Virus record (IMG/VR): IMGVR_UViG_3300001598_001658
Coordinates: 64,001-128,000 of that record
DNA from: a virus
Lineage: Duplodnaviria; Caudoviricetes
Reading direction: 5' to 3' (one strand)
Length of the DNA: 64,000 nt
Shown: one piece after another, positions 1-10,152 of the stretch
Layout: every line of letters begins with the position of its first letter
How positions within the stretch are numbered: the stretch's first letter is position 1
Program-made: the position numbers and the translations under genes
Notes under the pieces: generated by a model
Seen by the model: the letters and a program-made list of their open reading frames with translations, nothing else
The model's database searches: none
Told to the model about the DNA's origin: nothing

Positions 1-156
1 GCATTATTCTATTTCAACATAGTTGATGAAGGATATGAAAATATTGTTAGACAAAACATTAAACGTCAACAATTTTTCTATGGAAAAGCTGCAGATATTA
101 AAAATATGAGATTAGATATGAACGTATTATTATCTATGATGTATAAACAAAGATAA
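1..156 (+). CDS. C-terminal fragment of a gene entering the window, possibly an SF2 helicase
   Basis: Frame 1 is open from base 1 to TAA at 154-156 (ALFYFNIVDEGYENIVRQNIKRQQFFY...). The hhhhDxG...Q...R...Y pattern resembles SF2 helicase C-termini. Confidence 0.4.
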   Translation, partial: ALFYFNIVDEGYENIVRQNIKRQQFFYGKAADIKNMRLDMNVLLSMMYKQR

Positions 157-174
157 AATGAAAGGGAGGAATAA

Positions 175-855
175 ATGCAGGACATCAATAAGATAAATAA
201 ATTCACAAAAACGTTTTATAAATCTAATGATTTTGTTGCTAAGCATGTTGTTTCTTTAATGAATTATGCAACAGATAATAAGGGAAAGGAAGTATCTAGA
301 TCTCCATTATACTGCTATGACGTTAATGATAAACGTGTTCATGAAATTAAGAAAGCTTTGAGTATAACAACATCGGATATGATAGTATTGTCAAATAATA
401 ATACTGAATCATATTCTATTAATGGAGCTGCATCAAAAGAATCTACAAAAGGTTTAAAAGGTGGAGGTTTCGTTTTTGTTACACCAAGAGATTTTGATAA
501 ATTGTTGGATTCACTAAATACGTGTGTTTCGTGGTTATGTGATGATGAATATGCAAAATTATTCACCATCGATGCCAATGGAAATACAGTTGGTGTTTCC
601 GACAATAATGAAGTTGCAATATCAAGATTTAAAACAGGATGGATCATGTTTAAACCCGCTGTTATCTTTGATCAAAAAGATACAGGATATCAAGGAATTT
701 ACATCAAATGTGATAGAGGCGTTTTAGCTTCTCTCACTGGTACAGAATTTAAAGAATTCTATAATTATATGAAAGAATTGATGACAAACTTCTATTCATG
801 TAGTTTGGCATTATATAATGCTGGTTTGATGTCTATGATATTACATAAGGAGTAA
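175..855 (+). CDS. hypothetical protein (226 aa)
   Basis: ORF with strong RBS GGAGGA; the next gene starts 3 nt after its stop. Confidence 0.8.
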   Translation: MQDINKINKFTKTFYKSNDFVAKHVVSLMNYATDNKGKEVSRSPLYCYDVNDKRVHEIKKALSITTSDMIVLSNNNTESYSINGAASKESTKGLKGGGFVFVTPRDFDKLLDSLNTCVSWLCDDEYAKLFTIDANGNTVGVSDNNEVAISRFKTGWIMFKPAVIFDQKDTGYQGIYIKCDRGVLASLTGTEFKEFYNYMKELMTNFYSCSLALYNAGLMSMILHKE

Positions 856-857
856 AT

Positions 858-1532
858 ATGGGAAAAACTCTTACGAATGCAGAGGAAATAGAAGCATTTT
901 ATACGTATTATAATAACAATATTGATACGGATGAACGCTTATTAATACAGAATGGTGATGAAACAAAGTTATACGTATTCGATAAAGGAGATTATGTAAA
1001 ATTTGATAATCACTACTGTGTTTATCTCGGGTTTGTCAACAACCCGTTAGAAGAGATCGAGAAGGAAAGTTATGCTTTATATAGAGTTGGACGTAGATTA
1101 CATTATCATCATCCGCCTATTAAAACTAACATTGAAATCAAATCTCTTAAAAAGAGAAATGTTGATAACAGTGAATTCCTCGATGTTACTGTAAAAGAGA
1201 CAGATAACGAATTGATGCAGGTGGTAAAATTCTTACTTAAAGGTATGCGTGTCAATACATTTAAATCATTATTTACTGATGTAAGTGATTTTAATAATAT
1301 TAGACGCGAAATAACCAATGGTAATGGACAGCTTACATGGAATAGATTTACTCTTATTTTGGATTTGTTAGGGTTTGATCATATATTGGCCGCAATCAAA
1401 AAAGATGGCGAAGTCATCGGTGATCAAAGTAATAAAGAAAAGATTAGACAGTATTATCTTAAAGAAGCCGGTAAAGCTCCATTGCTTGAAGTACAAGAAG
1501 AAAATGCTGAAGAAGATCCAGATCTTTGTTAA
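858..1532 (+). CDS. hypothetical protein, possible C-terminal HTH-like region
   Basis: ORF with AAGGAG RBS, followed by a terminator hairpin. Confidence 0.75.
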   Translation: MGKTLTNAEEIEAFYTYYNNNIDTDERLLIQNGDETKLYVFDKGDYVKFDNHYCVYLGFVNNPLEEIEKESYALYRVGRRLHYHHPPIKTNIEIKSLKKRNVDNSEFLDVTVKETDNELMQVVKFLLKGMRVNTFKSLFTDVSDFNNIRREITNGNGQLTWNRFTLILDLLGFDHILAAIKKDGEVIGDQSNKEKIRQYYLKEAGKAPLLEVQEENAEEDPDLC

Positions 1533-1536
1533 ATAT

Positions 1537-1562
1537 TTCTCCCCTAATTATTTAGGGGAGAA
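1537..1562 (+). terminator. intrinsic terminator hairpin
   Basis: TTCTCCCCTAA / TTAGGGGAGAA inverted repeat just after the stop codon. Confidence 0.75.
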
Positions 1563-1602
1563 TTTATTTATATATTATTAAATAGAAAGGAGGCTTATAA
1601 AA

Positions 1603-2463
1603 ATGAGCAGTATAAAAGACAAAACTACATATCCTACATTTGAAAGATTAAATGAAAGACATGAAAATCTTAAATTTCATACGTTAGATATGCCTATTAC
1701 GGAAATGAACATAACATTTAATTCGATAATCGAAAGACTAATTGGTTTTTATAAAACTTATTCTGATCATATTCGATATATCGAAACTAGAATAAATGAT
1801 CGCATTATTGATCAGAAATTAATTCAGGATATTGGTTCGATATTACTCGATGTGCAAGATTTCTGGGATATTGTAGCAAATCAATGTGTTGGTATGAGAT
1901 CAATTTGTTCACCAAATTTTTCATCAAAATATTCTGAATTCACAAAAACTTTTAATGATGAAATTATGATAAATACACTGCCTTTACAAAATGAAGACTG
2001 TGTGTTAACATACAAAGAAACTTTGAGTGAAGTATTGATATCACTTTGTACATTGAAACGCGAATATGACAAATTTAATATTCTTAAAAATCAGATAAAG
2101 GATGAAGAAAAGATGAATGATATCTGGTGGTCGTTTTATCAACAGATGAAAGAAACTCTTTCGGATTCTATTAAAAACTACAAAAGTTTTGAAGAAAATG
2201 ATGTTACTCCGAATTTGGATAATCTTTATATCTTCAAAATCATCAAGAATATTGATGACTATTTTGATGTAATATCTGATGATAAAGTGTCAAAAGAAAG
2301 TGTGTTCAATACAACAACTATTGGTGAGTTTATTCTTATTCATATCAATTATTTATTATATGTATATAAAAATAAACTTCTTACAAAATTGACAGATGTA
2401 TATAATCAAATTGATGAACTTAAGGAATCAAAAAGATATATAGATCTAACAAATCAAGAATAA
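1603..2463 (+). CDS. hypothetical protein (286 aa)
   Basis: ORF with AAGGAGG RBS and TATATTAT motif at 1571-1578. Confidence 0.75.
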   Translation: MSSIKDKTTYPTFERLNERHENLKFHTLDMPITEMNITFNSIIERLIGFYKTYSDHIRYIETRINDRIIDQKLIQDIGSILLDVQDFWDIVANQCVGMRSICSPNFSSKYSEFTKTFNDEIMINTLPLQNEDCVLTYKETLSEVLISLCTLKREYDKFNILKNQIKDEEKMNDIWWSFYQQMKETLSDSIKNYKSFEENDVTPNLDNLYIFKIIKNIDDYFDVISDDKVSKESVFNTTTIGEFILIHINYLLYVYKNKLLTKLTDVYNQIDELKESKRYIDLTNQE

Positions 2464-2473
2464 CCGAAAAAGT

Positions 2474-2508
2474 AAAGTAAGGAGTCATAAGCCTCCTTAC
2501 TTTTTTTT
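2474..2508. terminator. bidirectional intrinsic terminator
   Basis: AAAGTAAGGAG / CTCCTTACTTT plus T-run, between convergent genes. Confidence 0.75.
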
Positions 2509-4540
2509 ATTTCATGTGTCTCATCACATTCATAATTTTTTCACGATGTTCCATAATTTCCTGTTTTCTTTCTGAATATTTCTCTTTTTTCTCAATTTCT
2601 TTTTCACCAACTGTTTTTCTATTTTCAAGATCTTTTTCATCTTGAGAATATTCTTTATGAGATTTGAGTTTATCAGCTTTATGACCAGTATTATATGTTC
2701 CATCTCTATGCATTGTTTCTACATGTAACAATGAAGTTAAACAAACTTTACATAAATTATCAATGCGAGTCATCATTACGAAATATGACTGAATTAAATC
2801 GGAAACATAAGATTTTGTCTTTACACAATAATCATATGCGCGTTCCATAGCAGTCCAACATCCTTTGAATTGTCTTATCATATCGCGTCTTTCTTTTTTA
2901 TAATCTTTAGAGTTTTCTTTCAAATCTCTAAGTTTTAATTCAAGCTTTTCTTTTGATTCTTTTTTATTAATTTTTAATTGATTATATGATTCTCTTTGTA
3001 TACCCTTTGTAAGAATATCTGAACAAATAACAGATACTTCAAAAATAGGTTCTTTTTCATTTTTAGCAATCAATTTAAAAGAATCTACATCTTTAATTAC
3101 ATCTGAAACTTTTTGTTCAAAAGGTTTTTCATCTGGTCTATCTACGAATAATGAAACAATTGCATGATTACTTGGCGGAAGCTTTTTATTTTCTGCTATA
3201 GATTGTGCAGTATAACCATAGATTTTATTATGTTTGGTTATAAGTTCACCTATCTTAAATCTCATAGATGTTAAAAATGATTCGGGAATAGATGCTGATT
3301 TCTGTACATCACCCATATATAAACCGCCAAATGATTTTAACATAGCAAACATTTGTTTTGGATCGCCAGATGATGCAAACTTTTTAGAAAGATCAATTAA
3401 TGAATTTTGAATATCTACAAATTCATTAGAAACCCCAGAAATATATTCATGTGCTTCTTCTTTTAAAGTTTGTACAGGATCGCCTTTCATACCATTTTCT
3501 AATACAGAAGCTTCGTCAGCATATCTTTCAAATAATCCTTCAATTCGTCCCATATATTTCATATAAAAAGCATTATTCTTTGCTCTCATTCGATACATCT
3601 TAAACTGTTTTCTAATTTTATTAATTTTACCAGGAAATTCTTTAAAGAATTTAGCACTTACTTCTAATGGTTTTTTATTTGATTTTGCAAAATCTCCATC
3701 TTCATTACCATATATATATTCATCTTCATCGTAATCGATATCATCCATTTCATCTAATTCATTTAAAATAGAATTGATTTTTTCATCAACATCTGTATTT
3801 ATGAATTCGTTTATTTTGTTATCAGGTTCAATGAGATCTAAAAAAGAATTCCAGAATATCTTTGTATTTATAATATTTTTTATGATAATTTTATATAATT
3901 CAAATATATTAAATAATATTTCTTTTTTAAGTTCTATCAACTTTTCATTTTCATCATCTTCTGAGTTTGTTGGATTATTTTCACCAATATTATCTGTTAA
4001 TCTATCGAACTCTAGATTTAATAAATCTTTTGGAAATTCAGATATCCATTCTATTAATGAATTGTACATAAGTGAATCTGATATAGATATAACATTTTCA
4101 AAAGATGAAAGAGATTCAAAAGTATCAAATGACTTATTATATACATTTCCATTTTTAAAATCTATTAACTTATTTTTAAAAATATTTAATATATCGATAA
4201 TATCTTCATATGATTCATCGGAATCTAAATTATAAATATCTTTTGTATATTCTCTTAAACTCAAAATAAGTTTGTTTAATTCGATAGAATTAGAATATTG
4301 ATATATTATATCCTTTGAAAAATCTGTAAAATCATATGGGATTTTAAGAGACATATAATTTTTAATTATATCTTTATCAAGATTTTTTATTTCATCGATA
4401 TATTCATAATTTGAATTTTTTATAGATTCGATGAGTTCTGATGTTTTTTCTATAAAATTTTCATTTCTAATTGTATTTTTTTCGATATAGTTATCAGCTT
4501 CATAAGGTTCACATAAAATGTGTGTATTTGTATTTTCCAT
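2507..4540 (-). CDS. putative virion (head) protein, 677 aa
   Basis: Acidic N-half and basic C-half separated by a G-N-E candidate cleavage site; AACA-N6-TA motif upstream (4564-4575). Confidence 0.55.
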   Translation of the reverse strand: MENTNTHILCEPYEADNYIEKNTIRNENFIEKTSELIESIKNSNYEYIDEIKNLDKDIIKNYMSLKIPYDFTDFSKDIIYQYSNSIELNKLILSLREYTKDIYNLDSDESYEDIIDILNIFKNKLIDFKNGNVYNKSFDTFESLSSFENVISISDSLMYNSLIEWISEFPKDLLNLEFDRLTDNIGENNPTNSEDDENEKLIELKKEILFNIFELYKIIIKNIINTKIFWNSFLDLIEPDNKINEFINTDVDEKINSILNELDEMDDIDYDEDEYIYGNEDGDFAKSNKKPLEVSAKFFKEFPGKINKIRKQFKMYRMRAKNNAFYMKYMGRIEGLFERYADEASVLENGMKGDPVQTLKEEAHEYISGVSNEFVDIQNSLIDLSKKFASSGDPKQMFAMLKSFGGLYMGDVQKSASIPESFLTSMRFKIGELITKHNKIYGYTAQSIAENKKLPPSNHAIVSLFVDRPDEKPFEQKVSDVIKDVDSFKLIAKNEKEPIFEVSVICSDILTKGIQRESYNQLKINKKESKEKLELKLRDLKENSKDYKKERRDMIRQFKGCWTAMERAYDYCVKTKSYVSDLIQSYFVMMTRIDNLCKVCLTSLLHVETMHRDGTYNTGHKADKLKSHKEYSQDEKDLENRKTVGEKEIEKKEKYSERKQEIMEHREKIMNVMRHMK

Positions 4541-4563
4541 TTTTTCTTCCTCATATTAGTATA

Positions 4564-4602
4564 TAAAACAATGTTTTGAGCATTTTATAAAACATTATAT
4601 TG
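4564..4602. promoter_or_regulatory. divergent pair of AACA-N6-TA/G late-type promoter motifs
   Basis: Minus strand AACATTGTTTTA (4575-4564); plus strand AACATTATATTG (4591-4602). Confidence 0.55.
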
Positions 4603-4613
4603 TGGAGGATTTT

Positions 4614-5045
4614 ATGTTTTCTAAAATCATTGTCATATTTTTACTATTCATATGGCAATTGCCTCAAGAAATATTAGGCTTTATCGTTTTTCTAATTGCA
4701 AATGAAGACAAACGACGTAAAATTACAGCTTCTGCTTCTTGTTATATGTATTTCACACATAAAAGGAATTGGGGTGTTTCTTTAGGCGATTTCGTTATGA
4801 TATGTGAAAAGGATACTATCTATGATTTAATGCACGAAAGTGGACATAAAAAACAATCACGAATACTAGGATGGTTTTATCTATTAGTAATTGGTGTACC
4901 TTCATTTATTTGCGCATGTATAAATAAACTCATATTAGTAAGGATATGGGATGAAAATAAACGCGTCAAATGGTATTATAATTTACCATGGGAAAAATGG
5001 GCAAATGAATTAGAAGGTTTAGATAAGTATCTACATTTTGACTAA
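4614..5045 (+). CDS. membrane protein with HExxH motif (possible metallopeptidase)
   Basis: Hydrophobic segments, WQLPQ motif, MHESGH, late EKWA glutamate; likely start ATG 4614 after GGAGG. Confidence 0.6.
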   Translation: MFSKIIVIFLLFIWQLPQEILGFIVFLIANEDKRRKITASASCYMYFTHKRNWGVSLGDFVMICEKDTIYDLMHESGHKKQSRILGWFYLLVIGVPSFICACINKLILVRIWDENKRVKWYYNLPWEKWANELEGLDKYLHFD

Positions 5046-5055
5046 TCCAACATTT

Positions 5056-5083
5056 AATGACACCTTCATTTGAAGGTGTCATT
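5056..5083 (+). terminator. intrinsic terminator hairpin
   Basis: AATGACACCTTCA / TGAAGGTGTCATT. Confidence 0.7.
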
Positions 5084-5116
5084 TATTTATATATTATTTA
5101 TAGAAGGAGTTAAAAT

Positions 5117-6279
5117 ATGACAAATAAACTTTTAACAAAATTATCCAAATATCAACGGAGAGATAGATATTATATTAAATCTATTTCATATCGCGATAAG
5201 ATTAAAAAATCTAAACTTCCAAATCGATTTTTACATGAAGTTAAAGAGATTTTTGATAACGAATTTGTAAATTCATTTAATCGTATGAATTCTTTTTATG
5301 CCGACGATTTATCGGACATTAAACGATCTTTTAATATTAAAAAGGTTGTAGGTGTTTTATTTTCCGGAGGTGTAGACTCTACAGAATTAGTATTAGATAA
5401 TATTAAACGGGAAATTATGTAGTACCAATATTAAATTTATTTAATATAGATTCATATAGCGAAAGATTGAAATATGCATTAGCATGTTATTCTTTAGAAA
5501 AAATAAAAGAAAAATATCCTGAAAATATTTCTGAACCTGTCGGATGTATAAAAATTCAATTTTGTTCATTAAATGACTTTTCATACACACAACAATCTTT
5601 TAATACATTTTCATTATTTACATTGAATAAAATATTGAAATATATTGATGAAATACAAATTGGAACTGTTATGGAAGATCAAGGAGTTTCATATATTAAT
5701 GATATGAAAAATTCTTACAAAGCCGGATTGCGTTTTATACCAGATTTTGATTCTCAATATGATGTACGAAACTTTTCATTTCCAAAATTAACATTTCCTA
5801 TTTATAAATATCCAAAAGGATATGTTCGTTCTAGACTTCATAATTTGATATCAGAAATGAAATTAGACATTCCGATAATTTCATGTGAAAATCCACAATT
5901 ATTTCATTCAATTGTTATAAAAGATAAATGGCCATATATAAAAACAATTATTTTACCATGCATCGATGAAAAAACGAAACTCTTTGATCCAATTCAAAGT
6001 TCTACAAAATGTAATTCATGTATGCATGATGAATATAATGATTTTGGTCGATATTTTATTTATACAAAAATAGATAATAGTTCTATGTATGAATTAATAA
6101 AATTTGTTGAAGAAAAATACAATGAGGATAAAATGATATCGATTTGTAAACAACAAAAAGAATTTGGTGATCATTATGATAAGATTTTAAAAAATGATAT
6201 ATTATTACTTAAAGCATTGAGAAATATATTTTATAAAAATATGGATGGATCAAAAAGTGTAATAACACGTAAAAAATAA
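5117..6279 (+). pseudogene. queC: QueC-like (7-cyano-7-deazaguanine synthase-like PP-loop ATPase), frameshifted at about 5410
   Basis: The first ORF has the PP-loop VLFSGGVDST. The -1 frame continues seamlessly (KR|GNYVVPIL...) into ORF 5467-6279, which carries the SC...C...CNSC zinc-binding pattern. Confidence 0.65.
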
Positions 6280-6391
6280 TATATATTATTCAATGATATA
6301 GAGTAATAATAAAAGATGCAAATACTATTCGTCGAACAAATGTATCTTAAAAATCAAAACCAAACTCTATCTATATTTGTGAGGTTTCAAT

Positions 6392-6757
6392 ATGGAAATT
6401 AAAATTGAAGCAGAAGTACTTGTGAAAGCGATCGGTGAATTTACAGCAAAACAGGTAAAAGAATTTGAGATGACAATGAAGTGTCTCGGTGCCATCAGCA
6501 AGACATTGGACAAAGTCGTAGATGTTGGCCTAAAACTTGCAGAGGCTGAAGCAAGACGTTCTGAAATCAGATTCCAGCAGCAGATTGAACAGCATGCAGT
6601 TGAGATGCGGGAAGCTCAAGATCGTAAACGTGAACGCGATTTAGATGCAGCAGAACGTGCAGCAGAACGTGCAGTCTGTGCTAAAGAACGCGAGATTCGA
6701 AACGCCGTACTTGATGATAAATTAGCGTCTATCTCAAAAACAGCTAAAGCTGAATAA
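6392..6757 (+). CDS. hypothetical coiled-coil protein (121 aa)
   Basis: ORF rich in E/R/A; TATATTAT at 6282-6289 and a structured leader upstream. Confidence 0.75.
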   Translation: MEIKIEAEVLVKAIGEFTAKQVKEFEMTMKCLGAISKTLDKVVDVGLKLAEAEARRSEIRFQQQIEQHAVEMREAQDRKRERDLDAAERAAERAVCAKEREIRNAVLDDKLASISKTAKAE

Positions 6758-6771
6758 AACCTCTGATCCGT

Positions 6772-6847
6772 TGTCGGGAACCGCACAGTAAAATGTGTGG
6801 TTCATCACTATTAACAATAAAAATAATTTTAAAGGAGGCTCAAAATG
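6772..6847 (+). repeat. conserved leader hairpin element, copy 1
   Basis: TGTCGGGAACCGCACAGTAAAATGTGTGGTTCATCACTA...AAAAATAATTTTAA.GGAGGCTCAAAATG, near-identical to 12260-12180 on the minus strand. Confidence 0.85.
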
Positions 6848-7348
6848 AGCAAATGGATGGATGATAAGTTTATCGCATCAAAATCAAAAGCTGTTCGCGA
6901 CTGTATCGGAACAGAATTAAAAAATTTGGGGGCAGAATACCAGAAAATCAAAAAGATTTCTGAACTTCCAGCTTTTATTAAGAAGGTCTATGACTTCGTT
7001 CCATCGGCAAACAAAGCTGAACTTTGTTTAATCAATCTTTTGGATCCGATAATTTCCTACACTGCATCTATGTCTATAACAGATGCAAATGCTGAAAAGG
7101 AATATTTTGATCGTATCAAATTATTCTGTAGTGTTCCAGACGATTGTGAATATGTACTTCCATTCTATTTGACACTTTCAAAGCCAAAATGCATAACATC
7201 TTTCAAAGCCGGAAATGATGCATATGATGATGAAATCGTTGAAGAAGATGATGCCGGTGAAGAAAAGAAAGAAAAAGAAACGGCGGATGTAAAAAAAGAA
7301 AATGATACAGCAACACCGGAGCAGCCTTCAAAAGAAGAATTCAATTAA
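6845..7348 (+). CDS. hypothetical protein with acidic tail (167 aa)
   Basis: ORF with AAGGAGG RBS. Confidence 0.75.
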   Translation: MSKWMDDKFIASKSKAVRDCIGTELKNLGAEYQKIKKISELPAFIKKVYDFVPSANKAELCLINLLDPIISYTASMSITDANAEKEYFDRIKLFCSVPDDCEYVLPFYLTLSKPKCITSFKAGNDAYDDEIVEEDDAGEEKKEKETADVKKENDTATPEQPSKEEFN

Positions 7349-7367
7349 TTCTTTTTAAAACAAAAAT

Positions 7368-7405
7368 AAATAACCACCCACTTTTAAAGTGGGTGGTTAT
7401 TTTTT
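7368..7405. terminator. bidirectional intrinsic terminator
   Basis: AATAACCACCCACTTT / AAAGTGGGTGGTTATT flanked by A and T runs. Confidence 0.8.
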
Positions 7406-7429
7406 ATTAAATTATTTTTTTTAATTTAA

Positions 7430-8695
7430 TTATGAATTGATTGCCTGGCGAGCTGTAGCAACTCTTGCCTTCTGTGTTCCTTTCTTAGGAGCGTTTTTAC
7501 CAGTTGTAACAGCTTTAGCGAGAGCTTTAACTGCAGCAGCTGTATAAGAACGAACTTTAAGATAGTTAGCAAAAAGAGCATAAAGAATACCAGCCAAAAG
7601 AGAACCCAAACGGTTGTTTAAGTTAATCTTCTGAATAGCAGCTCTCTGAGCTTTAACAGCTTTGTTAAGAGATTTGTCTGTTCCAGACATTTTCTTTGTA
7701 GATCCAGAAACTTTCATAGAAGAAGCAAGTTTATCTGCAGTCTTAAGTGTTTCGTTAAGAACTTTGATAAGAGCCTTTCCATCTTTAACGAGATCATTTG
7801 CAGCCTTAAGATCGTCTTTAGAAAGAAGAACCTGCCATTTTCCTACTTTATTGAGATAAGAAAGAGCAGATACTGGAACTTTCTTTGGCTTTTCAACACC
7901 AAAAACAAGAAGGTTAGCCAACTTTGATGCAGTACCAATTTTAACAACATCAAGTTTTTTGCCATAATAAGCCTGAACTTCCATAGCTTTAAAACCTTTT
8001 GTTTCAGATTTAAGTTCATCGCGCTGAATACCTTTATCCTGAAGTTCGATTGCTGCAAGAGCAGATTTATTCATAGCGGCGATCTGCTGACCTCCAGATA
8101 TAATTCCTTTATTCATACCTTCAATAAGAGCTGAACCAGAAGGAATTGCAGCAGGTGGAATAACTGCATTAATCTGTACAGTTGAATCTGTGAATTTTGT
8201 ATTCTTGTATTTATCAACAAGTTTCTGCTGTCCCTTAGCAAACTGTGAACCAACCCAGTTCATAACCTGACGGATCCAGTTAGTAATTGACTGAATAACT
8301 TTTTTGATTGCTGATACAACTGCTGTAAAAGCATTTTTCATTGTATCTGCGAAACCTTCAACACCATATGCGAAAGCATCAAAGCCTTCAACACCATAGT
8401 TCTTCTTAATTTCTGCAGCGATAGCAAAACGATTGTTTGCTGACTGAATCTGCTGTGTAGCATACTGTTCGAGCTGTTTAGCTTCACCAAGAAGTTCATA
8501 TGCTTCATGGCCAAATGTTACTACATCAGTATCATTTCTGTCCTTTAAAGCGCCGAATAATCCAAGCTGATTTGAAAGAGCAAAATCTTTCAAAGAATCA
8601 GTATTGTGATTCATTGCAGCACCGCTCTGGAAATCTTCAATTCCAAAGTCATTTGAGAGAACAGAAGAAATAGTATTTTTATTTAAAGTACCCAT
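7430..8695 (-). CDS. abundant internal head protein precursor (phiKZ inner-head-like architecture)
   Basis: Likely start ATG 8695 after AAGGAG. The propeptide has GIE, GHE, GVE, GVE sites, followed by the amphipathic helix FTAVVSAIKKVIQSITNWIRQVMNW and a Lys/Ala-rich body. Strong codon bias; late motif at 8805-8816. Confidence 0.65.
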   Translation of the reverse strand: MGTLNKNTISSVLSNDFGIEDFQSGAAMNHNTDSLKDFALSNQLGLFGALKDRNDTDVVTFGHEAYELLGEAKQLEQYATQQIQSANNRFAIAAEIKKNYGVEGFDAFAYGVEGFADTMKNAFTAVVSAIKKVIQSITNWIRQVMNWVGSQFAKGQQKLVDKYKNTKFTDSTVQINAVIPPAAIPSGSALIEGMNKGIISGGQQIAAMNKSALAAIELQDKGIQRDELKSETKGFKAMEVQAYYGKKLDVVKIGTASKLANLLVFGVEKPKKVPVSALSYLNKVGKWQVLLSKDDLKAANDLVKDGKALIKVLNETLKTADKLASSMKVSGSTKKMSGTDKSLNKAVKAQRAAIQKINLNNRLGSLLAGILYALFANYLKVRSYTAAAVKALAKAVTTGKNAPKKGTQKARVATARQAINS

Positions 8696-8864
8696 ATTCT
8701 TTTTCTCCTTGATCAAGGTTTGATTAGTAAACCTAATCAATAATCGATTAATTTTATCCAAATACTTGCAGTCGTGGTCATTCTTTTACAAATAAATGAA
8801 TTTATAAATATATGTTATATAGAAAAATATATAAATTTATCGTTTAAAAATTTATACAAATAAA

Positions 8865-8891
8865 GTTACTCCATCAAATCGATGGAGTAAC
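8865..8891 (-). terminator. terminator hairpin
   Basis: GTTACTCCATC / GATGGAGTAAC. Confidence 0.7.
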
Positions 8892-8900
8892 ATAATAATT

Positions 8901-10151
8901 TTAAATCAAAATATCGTAACCACCGTCATCAGATGAAGATGTTTCGATATCTTTTTCATCAGTTTTGTCTTCATCATCAATAGTATATGTAACTTCATAT
9001 GAAACCTGTTCACTTTCATCAACAGCATCTTGACATTTAGAAGCAAACTTATCAACGAATTTTTGTTGTTTATCAATAATCGATTGAATACGTTTTCTTT
9101 CTTTAGGATCTGTTTCGGAATCAAGTTTTTCTTTAAGTAATTCGATGTTCATTGATACAGTAATTACATCAACTTTAATATAATTATTGATATCAGTTTT
9201 CAAAGTTCCACAAATATAAATCGCACGTCTAATACCTGCAATGAGAGCAAAGAGACCAACGATACTTACAACTACAATTGCTGCAACTACAATAGCATCC
9301 TCTGATCCTTTAATATTTGAAGAATCGTCACACAAATAAGATTCGTTACTGATTTCATAATATGCTTTTTGAATTACAGAAAGATCATGCGATTCTTTTG
9401 CTTTAGCAATTTTATCATTTGATTCTTTCTGAGTTTTTATAGCTTTTTTAATTTCATCAGATGGATTTTTCATCGCTTCAAAATTCTTAGCACATTCAAG
9501 AGCAATAAATCCGATATCAGAAATGATACAATGATAAATATTCTGAGATTCTTCTAAGAAATTTACAAAGTCTTTATTAAGTTCATTTTTATTTATATTC
9601 AAAGATTTTGTTTGATTATATGAACTTATAACAGAATGATTGATTGTACCCATACAAAAGTAAAGATATGAAGTCATGATCTGATGACACATAATGAAAA
9701 TATTACAAATATTTCCATTAATATTTGTCTTTGATTTCTCATATTCATCATAAGCAACTTTGAATGCATTGATATATTTTGAATTTGTAAGTATATCTGA
9801 AACATCCATGAAAATTTTGATATATGAATTTTCGCATATATCTTTCGATGATTTGCATCCAGATAAAATTTCATTCAAATATTTTGTATGCATTTTTAAA
9901 GAATCATTAAATTCTTTAAATTTTGTAATATCACCTTTTGTACCAAAAGTAAGTTTCTTTAAATATTCAATATTTGAAGTTGAATTTTTATTGCGTACAA
10001 AATAATCATTCCATGAAGAGATAGCTCTTTGATATTTTTTTTCAGTAGCTTTATCGAAAAAACCACCACCGATATCATTATGATTTGAATTTTTAATAGC
10101 AGAATTAATTTTCAAATATTCTTTTTGAATATCTTTATATGTAGCTTTCAT
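8901..10151 (-). CDS. putative virion protein with a hydrophobic helix after a G-S-E site
   Basis: SNE and GSE motifs, then DAIVVAAIVVVSIVGLFALIAGI; co-transcribed with 10153-11550. Confidence 0.55.
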   Translation of the reverse strand: MKATYKDIQKEYLKINSAIKNSNHNDIGGGFFDKATEKKYQRAISSWNDYFVRNKNSTSNIEYLKKLTFGTKGDITKFKEFNDSLKMHTKYLNEILSGCKSSKDICENSYIKIFMDVSDILTNSKYINAFKVAYDEYEKSKTNINGNICNIFIMCHQIMTSYLYFCMGTINHSVISSYNQTKSLNINKNELNKDFVNFLEESQNIYHCIISDIGFIALECAKNFEAMKNPSDEIKKAIKTQKESNDKIAKAKESHDLSVIQKAYYEISNESYLCDDSSNIKGSEDAIVVAAIVVVSIVGLFALIAGIRRAIYICGTLKTDINNYIKVDVITVSMNIELLKEKLDSETDPKERKRIQSIIDKQQKFVDKFASKCQDAVDESEQVSYEVTYTIDDEDKTDEKDIETSSSDDGGYDILI

Positions 10152-10152
10152 A

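Noticed and set aside
5404-5420. Canonical -1 programmed frameshift at GGGAAAT
   Set aside because: The heptamer is not in the X XXY YYZ phase of the upstream ORF and no stimulatory structure is evident
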